A stretch of DNA of 64,000 nucleotides. It comes from Bacillota bacterium. Its GTDB lineage: Bacteria > Bacillota > Dethiobacteria > DTU022 > UBA8154. The translations under genes and the position numbers were made by a program. The notes beneath the pieces are model-generated. The model ran no database searches. It was not told the DNA's origin and worked only from the letters and a program-made list of their open reading frames with translations. How positions within the stretch are numbered: position 1 is the first letter of the stretch; the number at the start of each line of letters is the position of its first letter. The stretch spans positions 3,436 through 67,435 of the forward strand of contig DUQX01000004.1 of assembly GCA_012837615.1 (NCBI GenBank), written 5' to 3'. Positions 7,789-15,260 of this stretch are shown here, piece after piece.

Positions 7789-9162
7789 TTACTGTACTGC
7801 AGCCTGCAACACTTTTGCCGCGATCGGCCCGGCAACACTGGCTCCCGAGCCGCCGTTTTCAATAACCACAACAAAAGCAAGGGGATAATCATCCCTATCC
7901 AAAAAGCCGGCGAACCAAGCATGGGGCTTCTTATCCCCGCCCACCTGAGCAGTACCTGACTTGGCACAGAGCTCAAGGCCTCTGAAATTATCCTCACCGT
8001 ACTCACTAATAGTATTGTTCCTCATCATCCTTTTCAGCCTTTGGGCTGTTTCAGACGAAAGCACCCTTTTTTTTTCAACGGCGGAAAAGTTTATCAATGA
8101 GAATATTCCCTTATCCTTCACTATCCTCGGTGTTATACGGACGCCATCATTTGCGATGGCACCCATATACGCCATAAAATTCAAAGGATTGGCCGTATTG
8201 GTATATTGTCCTATTCCGGACCAGGCCAGATCTGCCCCCACTGCATCCGATGCATCGAATCTACCCACCGCGGTTCTAATACCATCCACCTCCAAACTTG
8301 TATTAAATCCTGCTGCATGGGCATATTCCTGCAGTATTCCGGCTCCAAGATCAGAGGCGATCTGTGCAAAGGCCGCATTACACGAACAGGCAAGTGCCCT
8401 CTCCAGGTTAACCGAACCGTGGACCGTATGGCAGGTTACCACATCCCCCCCTACCTGCAGCCCCCCTTCACAATGGTAAAGGATATGTTCGATGTTATCA
8501 AAATGCTCAATCGCCGCAGCAGCGGTCACCAATTTAAACACCGAGCCGGGCGTATAAGTCGCGGACAGAAAACGGTTAATATATACTCCCTGATATTTTT
8601 CAGGTTCCGCCTCTATGTCGGGGGGGGTCTCCGGATCAAAAGATGGCGAACTTACCATACAAAGAATCTCTCCTGTCCGATAGTTATACACCCCCACCGC
8701 TCCCTTGCGACCGCTCAGTTCTCCATACGCAACAGAGCACAAATCGGCATCCAGGTTCAGGGTCAGATCTCTGCCTGCCCCCGCCTGCTTATGAAAACTA
8801 TAAACCCCGTTTATCATGTCCCAGCCGCTCAATCGTTCCCTGAAGGCCACCCGGGCCCCGGTCATCACATTGCCATACAAGTCCCCCGTGGCATGCATAA
8901 CGGCGGTGCGCACTGCCCTGTCAGTATGGAATTTTACCTCCCCATCCTTTACCTGACAAAGAATACTGCCCCTGCGGTCATAAATATTTCCACATGACAC
9001 TAATTTTCCTTCTGCATAAAGATGCTGGTTTGTGGGATAATGCGCCCAGGCAGAAGCATTGCTTACATACTTTGCCGTGAAGATAAAAAGGCCAAACACA
9101 AACAGCAGAGCAAAAAAAAGCAGTACAGAGGCACGGCCCAGCAACAGTTTCAAATTATTCAC
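7789..9162 (-). CDS. Class B penicillin-binding protein (PbpA/PBP2-like transpeptidase)
   Basis: An N-terminal TM anchor, plus SxxK (S207-VFK), SxN (S260-CN) and KSG (K401-SGT) motifs at canonical spacing. Confidence 0.9.
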   Translation of the reverse strand: MNNLKLLLGRASVLLFFALLFVFGLFIFTAKYVSNASAWAHYPTNQHLYAEGKLVSCGNIYDRRGSILCQVKDGEVKFHTDRAVRTAVMHATGDLYGNVMTGARVAFRERLSGWDMINGVYSFHKQAGAGRDLTLNLDADLCSVAYGELSGRKGAVGVYNYRTGEILCMVSSPSFDPETPPDIEAEPEKYQGVYINRFLSATYTPGSVFKLVTAAAAIEHFDNIEHILYHCEGGLQVGGDVVTCHTVHGSVNLERALACSCNAAFAQIASDLGAGILQEYAHAAGFNTSLEVDGIRTAVGRFDASDAVGADLAWSGIGQYTNTANPLNFMAYMGAIANDGVRITPRIVKDKGIFSLINFSAVEKKRVLSSETAQRLKRMMRNNTISEYGEDNFRGLELCAKSGTAQVGGDKKPHAWFAGFLDRDDYPLAFVVVIENGGSGASVAGPIAAKVLQAAVQ

Positions 9163-9167
9163 CTCAT

Positions 9168-10976
9168 TCAGAAACGATTATCGGCAGATTTTATCAGCGC
9201 CAGCAGCCCCCAGGAGGCCACCATAGAGGAGCCCCCCCTGGAAACGAAGGGCACGGTTATCCCCGTCAGAGGAATTATATCTACGGAGCCCAAAACATTC
9301 AAGGCTATCTGGATCAGGAAGATGGAAGCTGCTCCGCAAGCCGTAATGGCATAAAAAGAGGAGCGGCAATCCTTTGTCAGAAACACGGCATAAAAGGCTA
9401 GAAACACAGGAACTAAAATCGCAGTTAGGGCTACCAGCAAACCCCATTCCTCTGCGAGCAATCCAAAAATCAGGTCGGTATCAGCCGCTGCAACCTGGGC
9501 CAAATATCCTTCTCCGCCGCCTACTCCCAAAAGGCCACCACTGGCAGCGGCAATCATGGTACGGGTCTGCTGGTAGCCAGAGGTGCTGGCATGCTCCCAT
9601 ACCTTTCCCCATACAGCAAAACGGGAGGCAATATACGGCAAAAAAGACACCGCCGCTACAGTTCCCAATGCAGCTCCTGTTACAGCCAGAGCAATGGTCC
9701 GCATATCCCCGGAACGCATGAAAGCGATGACAATAAAGGTGCCGAAAAAAACCACCACCGTGCCAAAATCCCTCATCAGGACCAGAGCCCCGATGCACAC
9801 CGCTGAAAAGCCGATAAACGCGCTCATATCTCGGGTTGTAAGGAGCTTATCCAGAGTTGCTGTACCGACCAGTACAAAAGCAATCTTGACAAACTCAGAC
9901 GGTTGGAAAGTAACAAAACCCAGGTCAAGCCAGTTCTTTGCCCCGAAATGCGTTTCCCCCATAGCCAGATTCAATATCAGAAGCACCAAAGCAACTGCTG
10001 CCAGGAAATGCTTAAGTCTCTCCGCCCGCTCCAGGTCGTGAAGTATCACTAGCAGAACAGTATACGCCGCAAACCCTAGGAGAATTGCTGTCAGCTGCGT
10101 TAAAAGCGAATCCGAAGCCGCCGAGGCAGTAACGGAAAGGCTTAAACCGCAGAGAAAATAGCAGAGTAGCTCAAGTTCCAGGTGTTTCCAGCCGCACCAA
10201 CTCATGATACTGTAATGTACACATTCGGCAAGAATGAAAAGGAAAAAGCTCAGCGGCACCACTGGGTTGGCTTCTACTCCCATGGAAAAGAAAAGCTGAA
10301 GCCCCCCCAAGACTTGAAAAAGCAGAATCAAAAAGAAGGTCTGCCTGGAGCCGGACCGTCTCATGGCCAATGGAGCTCTTACAGCATTACTATTCTGAGA
10401 AATTTCGTGGAAGTAACCCGCTCCTACGTCCTGCCGCAAGGGCGCTTCGAAACTATTCTGCTGCTGCGGCAACCCACCTTTCTCTCTATTTGCCAGAACA
10501 AGCTCCATCTTCACCCCCCCGATGGAGATGATATCTCCGTTCCTGAGAATCTCCGTCGCTTCTATCCTCCTCCCGTTCACCTCTACCCCATTCTTTGATT
10601 TCAGATCAGCAATAGACCATTTCCCGTTGCGAAATGTCAGCACAGCGTGACTTCGGGATACAAAGGGCAGGTCGATAACGATATCCGCTAATCTGCTTCT
10701 TCCAATGGAGTTTTCCCAGTGTTGCAAAGGGACGCTTGTGCCGTCCTGCATATGCAGATGTCCCCAAACAATCTTTCTTCCCCTATTTTGCAAAAGAGGG
10801 AGAATGCATCTCAAAAAAATGGTAATAGCCAAAACCGGAAAAATCCATCTCACTAAAAAAGTATATAAATCCGTTACCAGCCCGAAATGGGTAAAAAAGC
10901 TCCCTGCGCTGCATGAAAGCTCTTCAAATAGTATCCAGATCCTTTTCAATTTTTCCAAAAAAACAACACTGCTCAT
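9168..10976 (-). CDS. FHA-domain-fused SEDS protein (FtsW/RodA/SpoVE-family peptidoglycan polymerase)
   Basis: An N-terminal TM hairpin and an FHA domain at aa ~68-160 (nt 10497-10775; GRSRLADIVIDLPFVSRSHAVL...NGVEVNGRRI). The polytopic SEDS core ends ...PLTGITVPFVSRGGSSM. A 5-nt gap separates it from the PBP gene. Confidence 0.85.
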   Translation of the reverse strand: MSSVVFLEKLKRIWILFEELSCSAGSFFTHFGLVTDLYTFLVRWIFPVLAITIFLRCILPLLQNRGRKIVWGHLHMQDGTSVPLQHWENSIGRSRLADIVIDLPFVSRSHAVLTFRNGKWSIADLKSKNGVEVNGRRIEATEILRNGDIISIGGVKMELVLANREKGGLPQQQNSFEAPLRQDVGAGYFHEISQNSNAVRAPLAMRRSGSRQTFFLILLFQVLGGLQLFFSMGVEANPVVPLSFFLFILAECVHYSIMSWCGWKHLELELLCYFLCGLSLSVTASAASDSLLTQLTAILLGFAAYTVLLVILHDLERAERLKHFLAAVALVLLILNLAMGETHFGAKNWLDLGFVTFQPSEFVKIAFVLVGTATLDKLLTTRDMSAFIGFSAVCIGALVLMRDFGTVVVFFGTFIVIAFMRSGDMRTIALAVTGAALGTVAAVSFLPYIASRFAVWGKVWEHASTSGYQQTRTMIAAASGGLLGVGGGEGYLAQVAAADTDLIFGLLAEEWGLLVALTAILVPVFLAFYAVFLTKDCRSSFYAITACGAASIFLIQIALNVLGSVDIIPLTGITVPFVSRGGSSMVASWGLLALIKSADNRF

Positions 10977-11020
10977 GCTATCTTCCCTCTATAGAAGTAC
11001 TGTCTCTGCTAGCATATCTC

Positions 11021-12229
11021 TTACACATACTTTTTTTCTATTTGGTTTTTACCATTGAATTTTGCCTTATATAAAAGCCTGTCAACTTCCCTTAACAGTT
11101 CAGTTAAATTATTACTTCCCAATTCAGTAACACCGCCGCTAATCGTTACTTTTAAGTTGTTCCGCCACTTTAATTCCCAAATTTTACCTCGAATTCGCTC
11201 CACAATAGAGTATGCATCTTTCAAACTTGTATCAGGAAGCACAATTAAAAATTCCTCACCTCCAAAGCGTCCTGCTATATCATTCTGCCTCAAATTATTG
11301 TTTATTGATTCACCTACCCTCTTGAGCACGTAATCCCCATATAAATGTCCATATGTATCGTTGATCATCTTGAAGTTGTCAATATCAATCAAAGCTACGG
11401 CAAGCTTTCCTTTGTTCTCTTGAGATATTTCAATCTCATCCTCCAGGCGAGCTGTAATATACATTTTATTATAAGTACCTGTCAAAACATCGGTAATAGA
11501 TAATTTTTCCAGCTTTTGTTTTTCTTCATATAGTAATTTGTTTAAACCTTCTACCTTTTCCTTCGATTTTTTAAGTTCCGCATTATTCTTTTCCAATATT
11601 TTGTTCTTGGCCTCAATCTCCTTTTTTTGTTCCTCCAGCTTAGAAAAGTACTGGTCTGACCGTTGACGTTCCTTGAAATAACTATCTACAAAAACAGCAA
11701 AAAATACCGCATTGGAAACCAGGCAAACAAAAAACCCAAAGGATGAATCTAAACACCTTGTCAGTTGCGAACCATACCCCACAACAAAATTCGGCGCTTG
11801 ATATTCAATAGCTATAAGGGTAGCGGCAAGCACTGCAAAAAATACAAAAACAATACCTCTTTTGAATCCGTCAAGCAATATCGCGATGATCCCTGCATTG
11901 ATAATCATATAGTATGGGATGCTGCCATAAGACCCTCCATTAATAATCCACAAAGCAGGGAATAGAATAAAACTCAACATTAATACGGTTATCAAAGCCG
12001 GGAGCTCGTACTTTTTACCAATAATAGAAAACAGGTATAGCACTATTGATATAACACCGCACCCAATAGTCAAAACTACGGTAACTACACCTAATCCAAG
12101 AATATAGTTTATTATACTCGCAGAAAATGACATGCAAATTCCTACCAGGGCTATTACATTAAATAGCCGATGCCTGAAGGAAAATTCATTTTCATCACCG
12201 ATAAGGGTTGAGATTATTTTAGCCTTCAT
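11021..12229 (-). CDS. Membrane-anchored diguanylate cyclase (GGDEF domain, GGEEF active site, RxxD I-site)
   Basis: About six N-terminal TM helices and a coiled coil. The GGDEF domain carries RQND-IAGRF-GGEEF. Confidence 0.9.
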   Translation of the reverse strand: MKAKIISTLIGDENEFSFRHRLFNVIALVGICMSFSASIINYILGLGVVTVVLTIGCGVISIVLYLFSIIGKKYELPALITVLMLSFILFPALWIINGGSYGSIPYYMIINAGIIAILLDGFKRGIVFVFFAVLAATLIAIEYQAPNFVVGYGSQLTRCLDSSFGFFVCLVSNAVFFAVFVDSYFKERQRSDQYFSKLEEQKKEIEAKNKILEKNNAELKKSKEKVEGLNKLLYEEKQKLEKLSITDVLTGTYNKMYITARLEDEIEISQENKGKLAVALIDIDNFKMINDTYGHLYGDYVLKRVGESINNNLRQNDIAGRFGGEEFLIVLPDTSLKDAYSIVERIRGKIWELKWRNNLKVTISGGVTELGSNNLTELLREVDRLLYKAKFNGKNQIEKKYV

Positions 12230-12421
12230 AAATTTTCTCCTGGTTATCTTGCAATTTTATTACTACTTCTGAAGACTGGGAATTAGGATACAATCTATAC
12301 AAAAAGAATGCAAGGTTTATTTGAGGATCGAGATATCGTTAGTTTTATCTCAAATGCCATTAAACTGTTGTTGTTGTTAATTCTGTAAATATGCTACCGG
12401 AGGATGGGCTGATGATTGTTT

Positions 12422-12616
12422 CAATTGTGGTAACTGCTCAGCTATACGCAGGATTGTCACCCTGAGCGTTAGCAAAGAATCCTTTGCCTTTAGAGGAGCG
12501 AAGGATCTTCACTCTTCATTACGTTCAGAGTAACAAGTCACTTTCATATGTGACTTTTCAGACACCTGCCGTTCCCTACGCCCTGTTTATGTTTTGCTCT
12601 GAGTAGTTACCAATTG
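12422..12616. repeat. Nested inverted-repeat element (MITE/REP-like)
   Basis: The outer IR is CAATTGTGGTAACTGCTCAG (12422-12441) paired with CTGAGTAGTTACCAATTG (12599-12616). The inner imperfect palindrome is TTGTCACCCTGAGCG...GCGAAGGATC...CGTTCAGAGTAACAAG (12453-12537). There is also a hairpin at 12535-12556. Confidence 0.5.
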
Positions 12617-12690
12617 CGAATGTATTCCAAAACATGCTTCATACCCTTTAGAAAGCCATAATCTTGTCAATAAACCCATATAGCTTGCCA

Positions 12691-13272
12691 TTAAAGTTCA
12701 CCCTTTAAGCCCAGCTCTTCCGCTGCCCTTTGCATTCCCCGGATGGTTTCCTCAATAACTTCAGTTAAATCCATCCCCAGGAGTTTTGCACCTTCTTCAA
12801 TAATCCCCCGATCAACTCCGGCCGCAAAACTCTTCTGTTTCATTTTCTTTTTTACCGACTTGGCGGTCAAGTCCATAATACTCCGGCTCGGACGCATGAG
12901 AACCGTAGCCACAATTAGACCCGTTAACTCGTCAATGGTATAGAGAACCTTCTCCATTCTTTCTTGCGGTTCTACGTCGGAACAGATCTTCCAGCCGTGG
13001 CTCTGTATTGCCCTAATGTAATCTTCCGGCCAGCCCTCATCGGTAAGAATCTCCCGCACTTTGCTGCAATGTTCTTCGGGATATTTTTCATAATCCAAAT
13101 CATGCGTAAGCCCGATTACACGCCATTTTTCCAGATCTTCTTCGCCAAATTTTTCAGCAAAATGCACCATAACCGCTTCTACCGCCAGGGCATGCTTGAG
13201 CAATGCATCGTTTTTGTTGTACTTCTTTAATAACGCCAGCGCCTCTTCTCTGGTAGGTTTTTTCTTTTCCAT
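12691..13272 (-). CDS. HD-domain hydrolase (COG2316-like HD superfamily protein)
   Basis: The HD motif (LTHDLDY) and a conserved 193-aa family architecture. Confidence 0.8.
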   Translation of the reverse strand: MEKKKPTREEALALLKKYNKNDALLKHALAVEAVMVHFAEKFGEEDLEKWRVIGLTHDLDYEKYPEEHCSKVREILTDEGWPEDYIRAIQSHGWKICSDVEPQERMEKVLYTIDELTGLIVATVLMRPSRSIMDLTAKSVKKKMKQKSFAAGVDRGIIEEGAKLLGMDLTEVIEETIRGMQRAAEELGLKGEL

Positions 13273-13545
13273 ATTGCCACCCTTTCTTTTTTTTCTATCG
13301 ATTTACACCAATATTTCATTAAGCAAAAAATCCGCATAATCTATCAATACCATCTTTACAATACGATATTCATTTTATTGCTCCCTTTACTTTATTCATA
13401 GCAACCGCAAGCCTCCATTCTCCAACCTTCCTCGGCAAGCTATTCCCGAGATTGTAATTTATTAAATTATAGCTCTTATCTTTTCATCTAGCAAGCCGGC
13501 AAAAGTCAACCGAAGAAGCAGGAGTAGAATTCTTATATTTAATTC

Positions 13546-13576
13546 TTGACATTAACGTAACGTAAAGGTTTATACT
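13546..13576 (+). promoter_or_regulatory. MerR-type promoter: TTGACA - 19-bp spacer - TATACT
   Basis: A consensus -35 at 13546-13551 and a -10 at 13571-13576 with a suboptimal 19-bp spacer typical of MerR-family-controlled promoters. It lies 24 nt upstream of the merR-family ATG. Confidence 0.55.
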
Positions 13577-13599
13577 ATAAAGAGCAGGGAGGAAAAGTT

Positions 13600-14364
13600 A
13601 TGGAATATACAGTGCAAAAACTTGCCAGATTAGCTGGTGTCAGCCCGAGAACACTTAGATATTATGATGAAATTGGACTTCTTAAGCCGGCTAGAATCAA
13701 TTCATCAGGTTATCGTATTTATGGTGGAAAAGAAGTTGATAGATTGCAACAAATTTTATTTTATCGCGAGCTTGGTGTGAACTTGGATGAGATTAGAATT
13801 ATCCTGGACTCTACATCTTTTAATAAAGCCAGGGCTCTGCGAAAACATCGCTTTAGACTCCTGGCAAAAAAGAAACAGATTGAATTATTAATTGCTAATG
13901 TCGAAAAAACAATAGCAATGACAGAAGGGAGAATAACAATGAGCGATAAGGAAAAATTTGAGGGTTTTAAACAAAAGATAATCGATGACAATGAGCTGAA
14001 GTACGGCAAAGAAATCAGGGAAAAATATGGAGATGATGCCGTTGACCGTTCAAATCAAAAGATAAAGCAAATGACCGAAAAACAGTATACAGCTGTTGAA
14101 AAGTTGTCAAATGAGGTAAATAATGCAATAAAGATAGCCTTTGAAAACGGGGATCCTTCTGCTGAATTAGCACAGAAAGCATGCGAACTGCATAGGCAGT
14201 GGTTACTGTATTTTTGGGATGAATACTCAAAAGAGGCACATATGGCACTTGTTCAGGGATATGTAGATGATGAGAGATTTACAGCATATTATGATAAAAT
14301 TGCACCTGGGTGTACAGCGTTTCTACGTGATGCAATGAGAATTTATACCGGTATTAAAGCATAA
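13600..14364 (+). CDS. MerR-family transcriptional regulator with TipAS/Mta-type C-terminal sensor domain
   Basis: An N-terminal MerR HTH (YTVQKLARLAGVSPRTLRYYDEIGLL) and a C-terminal TipAS-like domain (YVDDERFTAYYDKIAPGCTAFLRDAM). Confidence 0.9.
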   Translation: MEYTVQKLARLAGVSPRTLRYYDEIGLLKPARINSSGYRIYGGKEVDRLQQILFYRELGVNLDEIRIILDSTSFNKARALRKHRFRLLAKKKQIELLIANVEKTIAMTEGRITMSDKEKFEGFKQKIIDDNELKYGKEIREKYGDDAVDRSNQKIKQMTEKQYTAVEKLSNEVNNAIKIAFENGDPSAELAQKACELHRQWLLYFWDEYSKEAHMALVQGYVDDERFTAYYDKIAPGCTAFLRDAMRIYTGIKA

Positions 14365-14382
14365 GGCAAGCTGGTATCCATT

Positions 14383-14411
14383 AAAAAAAACAGAAATCCA
14401 AAAGATTTCTG
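14383..14411 (-). terminator. Intrinsic terminator (reads as hairpin + T8 on minus strand)
   Basis: An 8-bp stem, CAGAAATC / GATTTCTG, flanked by A8 on the plus strand, downstream of the 14456-14764 gene. Confidence 0.65.
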
Positions 14412-14455
14412 CTATGATTAACCCTTATTACATTATTAATATTAATATAATGGGA

Positions 14456-14764
14456 TTAATGAGAACCGGGCCTTTTTCTCACTGGCTTAACCTTATGGTA
14501 ATTGCTATTTGAATTGCCTCCAAGGTTTTCAATAGTATTTTTTGCTCCTGAGAATAATCCAATTGCAGAAAGGCCAACTACTATACCCAAAAAAATTGCT
14601 TTTGGGGGGTCATCGGGAGCCAGATAATAAAAACCTGCTAGAATACCCAGGATAATCGCTACAATTGGGGAAAACTTTTTGGGTATACCCACTCTTTTTA
14701 ATAACTCTACCATTGCCATTACCACAGGCACCAGAGCTATACCATAAACATTAATCGCCTCCAT
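14456..14764 (-). CDS. Small 3-TM membrane protein, holin-like (uncertain)
   Basis: A 102-aa protein with three predicted TM helices and a basic C-terminal tail (KVKPVRKRPGSH). It loosely resembles phage holin families, and there is no lysin nearby. Confidence 0.4.
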   Translation of the reverse strand: MEAINVYGIALVPVVMAMVELLKRVGIPKKFSPIVAIILGILAGFYYLAPDDPPKAIFLGIVVGLSAIGLFSGAKNTIENLGGNSNSNYHKVKPVRKRPGSH

Positions 14765-14917
14765 TTTTTTGCCTCCCTGATCATTAAGTGCTTATTAAAG
14801 GAATATTCAGGGATAAAAGCAAAAAGAACAATTTCTTGCAAACTACTATACTGATACAAGGCATATAACCTTAATTATCAATAATTTACACCTTTTCCAC
14901 CGATCAATTTATTATCC

Positions 14918-15217
14918 TTACACTTTTTTATCAAGGGGAATACTGCGGTTTCCATCATTAAAAGGTTCGTAAGAACGTTCCAGCACTTTAAAAAGATGCT
15001 TTTCCCCATGAAGCCCCTTAAATTGCAATAAAAGGTACTCTCCTTTTTTAACCGGTATATCCACTTTGGCAAGAATATCCCGTCCCTGCATATTCAAAAG
15101 AGCATATCCCTTTTTAATATCCTTTACCAGGGCCAATATTTTACGAGAATTATTGTGAAACACCTGTTGATCCCGGCGTAAATATTTTTTAATTTTTCTG
15201 ATTAGATCACTTAACAT
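14918..15217 (-). CDS. Hypothetical protein (99 aa)
   Basis: An ORF 43 nt downstream of the HD-GYP gene on the same strand. I recognise no family. Confidence 0.5.
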   Translation of the reverse strand: MLSDLIRKIKKYLRRDQQVFHNNSRKILALVKDIKKGYALLNMQGRDILAKVDIPVKKGEYLLLQFKGLHGEKHLFKVLERSYEPFNDGNRSIPLDKKV

Positions 15218-15260
15218 TCATAGACTTCCTTATACCATAAACTTCCTTCATTTTCTAACA

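Larger units (their letters stand above)
7750..11020 (-). mobile_element. GC-rich, compositionally foreign two-gene island (putative horizontally acquired / IMEX-like cargo)
   Basis: Spot G+C counts are 36/60 at lines 8401 and 9481, against 24/60 (line 11401) and 22/60 (line 12001) in the flanks. Codons are G/C-ending, long antisense ORFs occur only here, and the block abuts a truncated dif. Confidence 0.45.

Noticed and set aside
7740-10598. Many long ORFs on the + strand and in alternate - frames inside the island. Examples are 7961-8479, 8206-8997 (263 aa), 9583-10041 and 10182-10598.
   Set aside because: They overlap the well-supported PBP and SEDS genes and have no recognisable motifs. 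They are what stop-codon-poor, GC-rich DNA is expected to produce, so I treat them as spurious.
10977-11020. I searched the right-hand island boundary for a dif-like junction or a terminator.
   Set aside because: I found neither a TTATGTAAA-like arm nor a hairpin with a U-tract. I record this as negative evidence against a simple two-junction IMEX model.
14456-15217. A possible prophage remnant, given the holin-like gene.
   Set aside because: No integrase, lysin, structural or repressor genes and no att repeats are nearby. A single ambiguous small membrane protein is insufficient.
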